A DNA stretch of 64,000 nucleotides from an uncultured Bacteroidales bacterium (GCA_963815075.1 CAWFFK010000006.1:261258-325257); one strand, 5' to 3'; shown: positions 9,292 through 18,637, counted from the stretch's first letter. The notes: generated from the letters alone by a model not told the origin. A program made the numbers and translations.

Positions 9292-10746
9292 ATGAATCGC
9301 CTTAACCACAATATACCAGCTCCATTTGATCCGGAAATATTCAGAGATGAAGGACACAAGATAGTCGATATTTTGTCGGATTACCTTCATGAAGCATTAT
9401 CTGGGAGTGAAATGCCGGTTCTGCCCTGGAATGATCCGGAAAAGCTTACAGACATGTTTGCATTTGGATCGGGAGGCGGTGAAAAGGAACCACTCGACTT
9501 ATTCATAAAAAGAATCATTGATCTTTCTATACATATACACCATCCAAAGTACATTGGTCACCAGGTTACTTCTCCCCTGCCGCTGACAGTGCTTACTCAG
9601 TTTTGCACTACCCTTCTTAATAACGGTGCCGCAATATATGAGATGGGACCTGTAAACATGGCTATGGAGAGAAATGTAATTGACAGGTTTGGATCACTTA
9701 TAGGTTATAATAAAGGGTACGATGGAATATTTACTCATGGGGGAACAGCCGGCAATCTTACTGCAATGCTTGCTGCCAGACAATCCAAAACAGATTATAA
9801 TATATGGGAAGAAGGTGTAAAAGAGAATCACCGTCCCGGGTATATGATGTCAGATCAATCGCATTACAGTATAGCCAGGAATGTTAAAATAATGGGATTA
9901 GGGGAAGATTCAATTGTCAGGATACCTTTTGATTCTGATTACCGGATTAAAACAGATCGTCTCGATGAGTATAAAAAAATTTCGGAAGACAGAGGTATTA
10001 AGATAATTGCTGTAATAGCAAATTCATGCTCCACAGCAACAGGGTCATATGATGACCTTGAAAAGATTGCAGACTTTTGTGAAAAGCATGGATTATGGTT
10101 ACATGTTGATGGCGCCCATGGGATGGGAGTGCTTTTTTCCAATAAGTACAGGAAAAGGGTCAGCGGCATCGAAAGAGCCGATTCAGTTGTTATCGATTTT
10201 CATAAAATGCTTCTTGTCCCGGCTCTCAACACACTTGTGATGTTCAGGAATGGGGAAAGATCATATGAGACTTTTGCTCAAAAAGCTTCATATCTCTTTA
10301 AGAAGATACACAATAATGCATGGTTTAATAGTGCCACCCGCACTATTGAGTGTACAAAAAGCGCTCTGGGCATAATAGCATATACAGCACTTAAATATTA
10401 TGGGAACAATTATTACGGCGAATATATCGACAGCAGGTATGATCTTGCATCCCGGTTTGCAGCTATGGTCAGTATTGACCCGCAATTTGAGCTTGCTGTG
10501 GAACCAATGAGTAATATTGTATGTTTCAGGTACATTCTTAAAAACAAGAATGAGATTTCTCTAAACCAGATCAATGAGGCTATAAGAGAACAAATAATTA
10601 AAGAGGGTTCATATTATGTGGTTCAGACTGAAACAGAAGGTAAAATCTGGATCAGATTAACAATAATCAACCCTTTAACCTCAATGGAAAACCTTAAGAA
10701 CCTTCTGGTTCGCATTAAAGAACTTGGAAAAGATGCGACAATATAA
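9292..10746 (+). CDS. pyridoxal-phosphate-dependent (group II) amino-acid decarboxylase
   Basis: Blocks HGGTAGNLTAMLAAR, SDQSHYS, HVDGAHG and DFHKML, where the Lys is the predicted PLP Schiff-base lysine. 484 aa. Confidence 0.8.
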   Translation: MNRLNHNIPAPFDPEIFRDEGHKIVDILSDYLHEALSGSEMPVLPWNDPEKLTDMFAFGSGGGEKEPLDLFIKRIIDLSIHIHHPKYIGHQVTSPLPLTVLTQFCTTLLNNGAAIYEMGPVNMAMERNVIDRFGSLIGYNKGYDGIFTHGGTAGNLTAMLAARQSKTDYNIWEEGVKENHRPGYMMSDQSHYSIARNVKIMGLGEDSIVRIPFDSDYRIKTDRLDEYKKISEDRGIKIIAVIANSCSTATGSYDDLEKIADFCEKHGLWLHVDGAHGMGVLFSNKYRKRVSGIERADSVVIDFHKMLLVPALNTLVMFRNGERSYETFAQKASYLFKKIHNNAWFNSATRTIECTKSALGIIAYTALKYYGNNYYGEYIDSRYDLASRFAAMVSIDPQFELAVEPMSNIVCFRYILKNKNEISLNQINEAIREQIIKEGSYYVVQTETEGKIWIRLTIINPLTSMENLKNLLVRIKELGKDATI

Positions 10747-11075
10747 AAAAATGGCATTTTCGGTGTTAATGATTTAACAATAGCTGTTATAAGAATAACA
10801 CTGAATTTCAAAAATATGCCAATCATAAACATCCTGTCAATTCCAATCAGATTGCATCAGTGTTTGGAGCATGATTTATAAACATCTCAATACCTGATCT
10901 TTATAGAGTATCTCTGGAAATTTTATAATTTCTATTTCGGGTATATCCCATATCTTCAAGGGTAATTCAGCCGTTAAAGCAGATCTAAAATAGGACTATT
11001 TGCATATTGGAAGATGTGTATAAATACCAATATGATTATCGCATAATTGCCAATGATTCATTCCATTGTCTGGTT

Positions 11076-11083
11076 TACATTTG
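11076..11083 (+). promoter_or_regulatory. candidate Bacteroidota -7 promoter box (TAnnTTTG) for the cys operon
   Basis: TACATTTG matches TAnnTTTG and lies 24 nt upstream of the ATG at 11107. No clean -33 TTTG was seen. Confidence 0.3.
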
Positions 11084-11106
11084 ATCAAACCTGAAATATA
11101 TTTAAT

Positions 11107-11430
11107 ATGCTCGATGTTCTATTAAAACAACCTGAAGAGAAACCTGATAAAGAAGGTATCATTAAGGTCAGCGACCGGGCCGATAAACCTATTAAAAGTT
11201 TTATGAAATCAATTTCATGGCGCATAGTCGGAACAATCGACACCATGATAATAAGTTATTTTATTACCGGAAGAATGACTCTGGCAATCTCCATTGGGAC
11301 TATAGAAGTTATAACAAAAACCATTCTCTACTACTTTCATGAGAGGCTATGGGCTCATATCCATAAGATAAAACTAAATCTCACAATAAAAACACATGGG
11401 AAGCAATATGAAGTTAAAAGAGTTGAATGA
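11107..11430 (+). CDS. DUF2061 family membrane protein (first gene of the sulfate-assimilation operon)
   Basis: SWRIVGTIDTMIISYFITG ... IEVITKTILYYFHERLW fits the two-helix DUF2061 pattern. The gene overlaps the start of cysH. Confidence 0.65.
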   Translation: MLDVLLKQPEEKPDKEGIIKVSDRADKPIKSFMKSISWRIVGTIDTMIISYFITGRMTLAISIGTIEVITKTILYYFHERLWAHIHKIKLNLTIKTHGKQYEVKRVE

Positions 11431-12103
11431 TCAGCTTGAGGGGATGTCTATCGAAGAGCGGCTGATAAAACTTTCGACAATATTTTCCGAACGGATTATA
11501 TTCACAACAAGTTTTGGAATTGAGGATCAGGTAATAACCCATAAAATCTTCACTAAAAACCTGCCAATAAAAGTTGCAACCCTGGATACAGGCAGATTAT
11601 TTCCTGAAACTTATGAGGTTTTTGCCCATACTATTGTCAAATACAATAAAAAAATAAATGTCTATTTTCCTGAATATGAATCTGTTGAAAAAATGATTAC
11701 TGAAAAGGGCCCAGAGAGTTTCTATAAATCGAAGGAGAATCGTCTTGAATGCTGCAAGCTGAGAAAAGTTGTGCCCCTGAACAGGGCTTTGAATGGGATG
11801 GATTGCTGGATATCGGGGATCAGGAGGGCTCAGTCCGATAATCGTAGTAATATGAGTTATCTGGAACTTGACGAGGATAAAAAAATATTCAAGTATCATC
11901 CTCTCTTTGACTGGTCGTTTGAAGATGTTGATAACTATATCAAAGAGAATAATATACCATATAACTCTCTTCACGACAAAGGATATCTGAGCATTGGTTG
12001 TGAGCCTTGTACACGTCCTGTTTTAAAAGGTCAGGATTTTCGTGCCGGCCGGTGGTGGTGGGAAAATGACGGGCCTAAAGAGTGCGGCTGTCATGTTAAA
12101 TAA
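11396..12103 (+). CDS. cysH: phosphoadenylyl-/adenylyl-sulfate reductase (thioredoxin-dependent, CysH family)
   Basis: PAPS_reduct fold. C-terminal catalytic motif KECGCH (ECGLH-type). There are additional Cys pairs, CC in LECCKLRKV and CxxC in GCEPCT. The true start may be the Met at 11408. Confidence 0.85.
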   Translation: MGSNMKLKELNDQLEGMSIEERLIKLSTIFSERIIFTTSFGIEDQVITHKIFTKNLPIKVATLDTGRLFPETYEVFAHTIVKYNKKINVYFPEYESVEKMITEKGPESFYKSKENRLECCKLRKVVPLNRALNGMDCWISGIRRAQSDNRSNMSYLELDEDKKIFKYHPLFDWSFEDVDNYIKENNIPYNSLHDKGYLSIGCEPCTRPVLKGQDFRAGRWWWENDGPKECGCHVK

Positions 12104-12244
12104 GGCAATAGGCTGTAGGCTGTAGGCAGAAGGAAAAAGCAAAAAGTGATTTAGGTTTCCCTCCCTGGAGGCCTGCCCCGACCGAAGTGTCAAAGGGCCA
12201 GAGGTGGGTCAAAGAAGAATAAAAGTGTAAATACAAAAATATTA

Positions 12245-13159
12245 ATGAAGAGCCACATTGAAATAAGTGATGAGCACCTGAAGGAGCTCGAGAATGAAGC
12301 CATATTTGTGATGAGAGAGGTAGCTTCGCAGTTTGAGAAAAAAGTAATACTGTTTTCAGGCGGGAAGGATTCAATTGTGCTTGTGCATCTGGCGAGGAAA
12401 GCATTCTGGCCAGCAAAAATACCTTTCAGTCTGATGCATATTGATACAGGACACAATTTTGATGAGACGCTTAAATTTCGAGATGATCTTGCAGCGGAAT
12501 TCGGTGTTGATCTAATAGTTAAAAAAGTTCAGGACTCGATAAATAATGGCAGAGTTGTTGAGGAACAAGGCATAAATGCGAGTCGCAACAAGGCACAGTC
12601 GGTAACATTGCTGGATGCTCTTGAAGAACTGAATATTGACGTAGCTATTGGCGGCGGAAGACGAGATGAGGAAAAAGCAAGAGCCAAGGAAAGGTTTTTT
12701 TCTCACAGGAATGAATTTGGTCAATGGGATCCAAAAAACCAGCGTCCTGAATTGTGGAACATATTCAACGGCAGAAAACGTATGGGGGAACATTTCAGAG
12801 TATTCCCCATAAGTAACTGGACCGAACTGGATATCTGGCAGTTTATACTTAATGAAAACATAAAACTTCCCGGATTATATTATACACATAAACGGAAAAT
12901 ATTCGAGCGTAGCGGTGTTTATCTTGCCTGGGCTCCATTTATGCAATTAAAACCAGGTGAAAATGTTTTCGAGGCCGATGTGCGTTGCAGAACTATCGGT
13001 GACATTACATGTACAGGCGTTACCATATCAAAAGCACAATCGCTTGAGGAGATAATTTCTGAAATTGCTGCGACCAGAGTCACCGAAAGAGGTGGCCGTT
13101 ACGATGATAAAAGGTCAGAGGCAGCAATGGAGGACCGGAAGAAAGAGGGGTATTTCTAA
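12245..13159 (+). CDS. cysD: sulfate adenylyltransferase subunit 2
   Basis: PP-loop SGGKDS. 304 aa. CysD-type C-terminus (RVTERGGRYDD...EDRKKEGYF). Confidence 0.92.
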   Translation: MKSHIEISDEHLKELENEAIFVMREVASQFEKKVILFSGGKDSIVLVHLARKAFWPAKIPFSLMHIDTGHNFDETLKFRDDLAAEFGVDLIVKKVQDSINNGRVVEEQGINASRNKAQSVTLLDALEELNIDVAIGGGRRDEEKARAKERFFSHRNEFGQWDPKNQRPELWNIFNGRKRMGEHFRVFPISNWTELDIWQFILNENIKLPGLYYTHKRKIFERSGVYLAWAPFMQLKPGENVFEADVRCRTIGDITCTGVTISKAQSLEEIISEIAATRVTERGGRYDDKRSEAAMEDRKKEGYF

Positions 13160-13160
13160 A

Positions 13161-13214
13161 GGGTGCCGGGTCTGGGTGATGGGTGCCGGGTGCTGGGTGC
13201 TGGGTGATAAGGGG
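13161..13214 (+). repeat. degenerate heptanucleotide tandem repeat (GGGTGCY/GGGTGAT, about 7 units) in the cysD-cysN spacer
   Basis: Read directly: GGGTGCC GGGTCT GGGTGAT GGGTGCC GGGTGCT GGGTGCT GGGTGAT AAGGGG. This gives eight G3+ runs spaced 3-5 nt apart, on the sense strand. Confidence 0.9.
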
Positions 13215-13260
13215 AAAGACAAAAAAAATAAAAGTAAAAAGATAAAAGTGTAAGAATAAT

Positions 13261-14529
13261 ATGAAGGTAAACGGGAAAAAAATATATAAAAGTCTTTTAA
13301 GATTTACAACGGCGGGTAGTGTTGATGATGGCAAGAGCACGCTGATAGGCAGGCTTCTTTATGACAGTAAATCAATATTTGAGGACCAGATGGATCACAT
13401 TGTTCAGTCGGGAAAACGTTTGGGAAGGGAGGAGCTTGATCTGTCGCTGCTTACGGATGGATTGAGAGCAGAACGTGAACAAGGGATTACAATAGATGTG
13501 GCTTACAGGTATTTTGCTACTCCGGCAAGGAAATTTATAATTGCAGATACACCCGGGCATACTCAGTACACAAGAAATATGGTAACAGGGGCAAGTACCG
13601 CTGATCTGGCTGTAATACTTATTGATTCGCGTAAAGGAGTACTGGAGCAGACAATAAGACATTCATATATAGCATCTTTGCTTGACATACGGCATATTAT
13701 ATTTTGTATCAACAAAATGGATATGGTGAACTGGTCCGAACAGCAATTCAATAATATTAAATCAGAGCTGGGTTTGCTGGTAACAAAACTTGGCGTGGCC
13801 GATGCCCATTATATTCCAATCAGCGCCAAATATGGAGATAATGTTGTAGACCGGTCTGTAAACATGCTATGGTACACCGGAAAGACATTCCTCGATCTGA
13901 TTGAAACCATTGAGATAAAGAAGATAAAAAATTCTGATAACAAACGATTTCCTGTTCAGACCATTATTCGTCCTCATACATCTGATTTTCACGATTATCG
14001 CGGATATGCAGGAAGAGTGGCAGGAGGCATTTTCAGACCAGGTGATGAGGTAACTGTTCTTCCGTCATTTCTGAAATCAAGAATAAAAAGTATCGATGTG
14101 CTCGGAAAAACACTTTCCGAAACAATAGCCGGTGATTCTGTTGCTATATCACTTGAGGATCAGATAGATATCAGCCGCGGCGATATGCTTGTTTCACCTG
14201 ATGATATACCCGTAATAAGCCAGGATATTAACCTTATGTTATGCTGGTTCAATGATATTCCGCTTAAGGTAGGTGGCAAATACCTGATTAAAATAAACAG
14301 TAACGAAGCCGGATGCATTATCAAAGCGGTCAATTACAGGATGAATATCAATACAATGGAAAAGGATATAAATAACCTGACTGTAAAAATGAACGATATT
14401 GCCAATATTTCTATAAGGACATCAAAATCCATATTTTTCGATAGTTACACAAAAAATAATATTACTGGCAGCATGATTTTTATTGATGAAGGTACAAATG
14501 AAACTGTTGCAGCCGGTATGATTGTCTGA
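13261..14529 (+). CDS. cysN: sulfate adenylyltransferase subunit 1 (GTPase), with no fused APS kinase domain
   Basis: GTPase motifs GSVDDGKST, DTPGH and NKMD. At 422 aa the protein ends before any CysC domain. Confidence 0.9.
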   Translation: MKVNGKKIYKSLLRFTTAGSVDDGKSTLIGRLLYDSKSIFEDQMDHIVQSGKRLGREELDLSLLTDGLRAEREQGITIDVAYRYFATPARKFIIADTPGHTQYTRNMVTGASTADLAVILIDSRKGVLEQTIRHSYIASLLDIRHIIFCINKMDMVNWSEQQFNNIKSELGLLVTKLGVADAHYIPISAKYGDNVVDRSVNMLWYTGKTFLDLIETIEIKKIKNSDNKRFPVQTIIRPHTSDFHDYRGYAGRVAGGIFRPGDEVTVLPSFLKSRIKSIDVLGKTLSETIAGDSVAISLEDQIDISRGDMLVSPDDIPVISQDINLMLCWFNDIPLKVGGKYLIKINSNEAGCIIKAVNYRMNINTMEKDINNLTVKMNDIANISIRTSKSIFFDSYTKNNITGSMIFIDEGTNETVAAGMIV

Positions 14530-14539
14530 GTACAAAAGC

Positions 14540-15610
14540 TCAGTCACATTCGTCAAAAAGTAATAATTGCCTGTCAGCACAATCTTCTGTTTCGAGGTTG
14601 GATATACTTATTCCCAGTAACCTTATACGTACTCCTTCCAGGCTCATCTCTTTCCTGATCTTTGAAACCTCCCTGTGCAACATATCAAAATCGCGAATAT
14701 AATATTGCAGTGTTTTGCTGCGTGTTAATTGTCTGAAATCAGAGAACTTAACTTTCAGTGTTATTGTCCTCCCGGCTGTTTCAGCATGTCCGAGACGATC
14801 CATAAGTTCTTTTTCAAGCTTATATAACTCTGCAATTATTTCGAAACTGGTTGTAAGATCTTTTTCATAGGTAAGTTCAGTGCCAACAGATTTTCTTTCC
14901 TGATCCGGTTCAACAGGACGGTCATCTTTCCCTCTTACAATATCATAGAAAAAAACACCGGCCTTACCAAAGTTTCTTACCAGATCAGGCATATCCCACT
15001 GCTTCAGATCAAAACCCTTGTGAATACCGAGTTTATGCATTTTTGCCGCTGTCACTTTTCCTATGCCATAGAATTTTTCCACAGGCAGCCCTTCTATGAA
15101 CTTTTCTGCCTCTTCAGGGCGGATCAGGAACAGACCGTCTGGTTTATTGATATCAGAAGCTATTTTAGCAAGGAACTTATTTACCGAGATTCCGGCAGAA
15201 GCGGTGAGGCCTGTTTTTTCCCTGATCTCAGCCCTGATTTTTTTTGCAATGATGGTAGCTGACCCGATTTTCTTTTTGTCATGTGTTACGTCAAGGAAAG
15301 CTTCATCTATCGAAAGTGGTTCTATTACATCAGTATAGTCCCTGAAAATCTCCATAACCCTTCCTGAGATCTGGTTATACCTTTCAAAATGATGTCTTAC
15401 GAATATCAGATCCGGACACAGCCTTTTTGCAGTTATCGACGGCATAGCTGACCTGACACCAAATTTTCGTGCTTCATAACTTGCCGCCGCCACCACACTC
15501 CTTTCCCCGCTTCCTCCTACTGCAACAGGCTTACCTCTCAGTTCAGGGTTATCGAGCTGTTCAACAGATGCAAAAAAGGCATCCATGTCTATGTGAATGA
15601 TCTTTCTCAT
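14540..15610 (-). CDS. dinB: DNA polymerase IV (Y-family)
   Basis: IIHIDMDAFFASVE, SIDEAFLDVT and GIGKVTA motifs. 356 aa. Confidence 0.92.
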   Translation of the reverse strand: MRKIIHIDMDAFFASVEQLDNPELRGKPVAVGGSGERSVVAAASYEARKFGVRSAMPSITAKRLCPDLIFVRHHFERYNQISGRVMEIFRDYTDVIEPLSIDEAFLDVTHDKKKIGSATIIAKKIRAEIREKTGLTASAGISVNKFLAKIASDINKPDGLFLIRPEEAEKFIEGLPVEKFYGIGKVTAAKMHKLGIHKGFDLKQWDMPDLVRNFGKAGVFFYDIVRGKDDRPVEPDQERKSVGTELTYEKDLTTSFEIIAELYKLEKELMDRLGHAETAGRTITLKVKFSDFRQLTRSKTLQYYIRDFDMLHREVSKIRKEMSLEGVRIRLLGISISNLETEDCADRQLLLFDECD

Positions 15611-15682
15611 TAGTAAGCAAAACTAATAAGAAAATGCTTTGATAATTGCCCAACATTAACCATCATTGCAGGATATTTAGAT

Positions 15683-18625
15683 TTGAAGCTTTTGGAAAAC
15701 GGTTCAGAAAAAAAAATCAGGCTCTTCGCTCTTGTGCTGGTTCATCACAGGTTATGGGGGTTCATGCTATTGCCCTATATAATTGTCAGGGAGGCAAACA
15801 GGAGTTATTTTAAATTATCGGAATGTCTTTTCCCTTTTCCAAATATCGATACACTAAGTTTGCTTCTTTCTGAAGAAAGAGAACTTGTTAATATTATAAA
15901 TGAATACTCTGAACGTACTCTGTTCAAGCTCTTTTCAAAAGAAAAAACAGTAAAGGAATTTCTTGAAAAAGTCACAGCGGAAAAACTGGAGTCTTTTATC
16001 AGACCATATATAGAGAGGAGAATATACAAATCAGTTATAATAGCCAGGGATGAGAATATCCCGGTGTTCTTCCAGAAAACAAAGACAGGGACCCTTCATG
16101 AGGAAGACAGGCTTATACTCAGTGCTGAATATGCATTTCCGGTCTTCAGGTTTATAAGGAAAGAAGACCATAGTACATATAATCTTAGCCTGGAAGCAGG
16201 AGGGAAACTCATTAACCTGAGAAATAATTCCGTAGATCTGATTTGTATGTCACCATGTCTGATCAGGGAAAATTTCAGGTTATTGTTTGTAACAGACCTT
16301 GACGGACCAAAACTTAAACCTTTTACTGCCAAAGAGTATATTATTATACCAAAAAAAACTGAAAATAAGTATTTCAGCAGCTTTGTCCTGAATGCAGTAA
16401 ATAATTACAAAGTTGAGGGAACCGGATTTGAAATAATTATATCTGAACCTGATAAAGAGGCTGTTCTGGAGATTGATCCCGGACTGAAAGGCAGTCCTGC
16501 ATTAATTCTGAAATATAATTATCAGGGAAATTTCATATTTGCTAATGAGCCTGGTACATCATTCACACTATTTGAGAAGAACGGAGATCAATTTCTTTTC
16601 AGAAAATATTATCGCGATTTTGAATGGGAAAAAAAATGCCGTGAAGTTTTAGGAGAGTTGGGCTATTTTTCCGACGATGAAATCAATTTTTTGCCTGTTT
16701 ATGGTGAAAACGTGAAAAAGGATGAATTCTATTCAATGATAGAAACTGTAAACCGGAATTATTCTGAGATAACAAAATCAGGTTTTGTTCTGACATCACG
16801 CCTTGACCGGAATTATAATTTAAAGCCTGTCGATATCGAAATGACCAGTCAGTTGGAAAACGACTGGTTTGATTTGAAAGCCGTTGTTAAGATCGGTGAA
16901 TGGAGAATACCCTTTACGCTCTTCAGAAAAAACATCCTTGCAGGCATCAGGGAATATTCTTTGCCAGACGGATCAATAGCAATTCTTCCTGAAACATGGT
17001 TTGCCAGATACAAAAATATCTTCGAATTCGGGAAAAGTTCTGACGATTTGCTCAGGATCCACAAACAGCATTTTTCCTTGCTGAAGGAGACTATGTCTGA
17101 TGAAAAAAATATCGGATTCGAGAAACTTGAAAAACTACTGAATAGGGAACAGATACCCCTGCTTGAGCCGCCCTCAGGGCTCAGATGCAAGATGCGACAG
17201 TACCAGGCTGAAGGTCTTAACTGGCTGATTTTTCTTCAAAATGCAGGATTAGGGGGATGTTTGGCTGATGATATGGGACTCGGAAAAACAATCCAGGCTC
17301 TCGCAATGCTTCAGCATAACAGGGAAAATGTTGCCCCTGTCTTAAAAAATACAATCCATACTGAGCTGACACTTTTCAACGATCATGAAACAAAACTTAC
17401 TTCTCTCCTGATTGTCCCGGCATCACTTATTTACAACTGGGAAAATGAAATCAGAAGGTTTGTTCCCGACATGAAAGTTTGTAGCTATAAAGGGAACCTG
17501 AGGAAAAAATCAACCTCCTATTTTCATAATTTTGATATTATTCTTTCAAGTTATCATACTGTAAGGCAGGATATTGATTTAATAGGCTCATTTTATTTTC
17601 ATTATATTATTCTTGATGAAAGCCAGGTAATCAAAAACCCGGCTTCAATGCTATATAAAACAGTAATCCACCTTAAATCCGACTTTAAACTGGTTCTTAC
17701 AGGAACACCTGTTGAAAATTCACTCACTGATCTGTGGACACAGTTGAATTTTGTCAATCCCGGACTCCTTGGTGACTTATCTTTCTTCCGAAGGGAATTT
17801 GCAAAACCAATCGAAAAAATGGGTGATGATGAGAAAGAGGTTAAACTCAGAACGATAATACACCCGTTTATTCTCAGGCGAACAAAAGATATGGTGGCAG
17901 GCGACCTGCCCCCTGTGACTGAACAAACTGTGTTCTGCGATATGACTGATGAACAGTTTAAGTTGTATGACGAAGAAAAATCATCAGTCAGAAACAGTAT
18001 TTTAAAAAGCATTGCATCAAAAGGCGCAGAGAATTCAACAATAGTAGTCCTTCAGGGTTTGATGAAACTAAGGCAAATAGCCAATCATCCTGTTATGGCG
18101 CACGAAAACTATAACTCGAGTTCAGGGAAATTCGAGACTGTGCTTCAGGATATAGAAAGTGTTATTTCGGAAGGGCATAAAATCCTTGTGTTTTCATCAT
18201 TTGTCAGACATCTTGATCTTTATGCCGCGATTTTGAGGAAGAAAAGAATATTATTTGCCATGCTTACCGGGGCCAGCACCAACAGGGAGAAAATTGTTAA
18301 CTCCTTTCAGAACGATAAGGAAAACAGGATTTTTCTGATTTCGCTAAAAGCCGGAGGAGTAGGTCTCAACCTTACTGCTGCAGATTATGTCTTTATTCTC
18401 GATCCGTGGTGGAACCCAGCTTCGGAAATGCAGGCACTGAACCGGGCACACAGAATCGGCCAGGAAAAAAGCGTATTTGTGTACAGGTATATAACCAGTG
18501 ACAGCATTGAGGAAAAGATTGTCAGGTTGCAGGAGAAAAAATCAAAGCTCGCCGATACCTTTATTTCGAGTAACAACCCGCTTAAAGACATAGATATACA
18601 GCAGATATTAAATATAATAGGATAA
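15683..18625 (+). CDS. SNF2/RAD54-family DEAD/DEAH-box helicase with a long N-terminal domain of unknown function
   Basis: The ORF-track start at 15683 is a TTG. Helicase motifs are DDMGLGKT (I), ILDESQVIKN (II), LTGTPVEN (III) and QALNRAHRIGQ (VI). The N-terminal region of about 500 aa has no recognisable motifs. Confidence 0.85.
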   Translation: MKLLENGSEKKIRLFALVLVHHRLWGFMLLPYIIVREANRSYFKLSECLFPFPNIDTLSLLLSEERELVNIINEYSERTLFKLFSKEKTVKEFLEKVTAEKLESFIRPYIERRIYKSVIIARDENIPVFFQKTKTGTLHEEDRLILSAEYAFPVFRFIRKEDHSTYNLSLEAGGKLINLRNNSVDLICMSPCLIRENFRLLFVTDLDGPKLKPFTAKEYIIIPKKTENKYFSSFVLNAVNNYKVEGTGFEIIISEPDKEAVLEIDPGLKGSPALILKYNYQGNFIFANEPGTSFTLFEKNGDQFLFRKYYRDFEWEKKCREVLGELGYFSDDEINFLPVYGENVKKDEFYSMIETVNRNYSEITKSGFVLTSRLDRNYNLKPVDIEMTSQLENDWFDLKAVVKIGEWRIPFTLFRKNILAGIREYSLPDGSIAILPETWFARYKNIFEFGKSSDDLLRIHKQHFSLLKETMSDEKNIGFEKLEKLLNREQIPLLEPPSGLRCKMRQYQAEGLNWLIFLQNAGLGGCLADDMGLGKTIQALAMLQHNRENVAPVLKNTIHTELTLFNDHETKLTSLLIVPASLIYNWENEIRRFVPDMKVCSYKGNLRKKSTSYFHNFDIILSSYHTVRQDIDLIGSFYFHYIILDESQVIKNPASMLYKTVIHLKSDFKLVLTGTPVENSLTDLWTQLNFVNPGLLGDLSFFRREFAKPIEKMGDDEKEVKLRTIIHPFILRRTKDMVAGDLPPVTEQTVFCDMTDEQFKLYDEEKSSVRNSILKSIASKGAENSTIVVLQGLMKLRQIANHPVMAHENYNSSSGKFETVLQDIESVISEGHKILVFSSFVRHLDLYAAILRKKRILFAMLTGASTNREKIVNSFQNDKENRIFLISLKAGGVGLNLTAADYVFILDPWWNPASEMQALNRAHRIGQEKSVFVYRYITSDSIEEKIVRLQEKKSKLADTFISSNNPLKDIDIQQILNIIG

Positions 18626-18637
18626 TTTAAATTTATT

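Noticed and set aside
10747-11106. The 360-bp spacer upstream of the cys operon, inspected for a SAM/S-box or other sulfur-responsive riboswitch, or a small ORF.
   Set aside because: I could not recognise any conserved riboswitch core or a convincing multi-stem structure by eye. Only a TAnnTTTG box was found. A covariance-model scan (Rfam) would be needed to exclude one.
13065-13340. ORFs 13065-13253 (+) and 13080-13340 (-) spanning the cysD-cysN spacer.
   Set aside because: They are generated by the GGGTGCT repeat and the A-rich tract. They overlap the well-supported cysD end and cysN start and have low-complexity composition.
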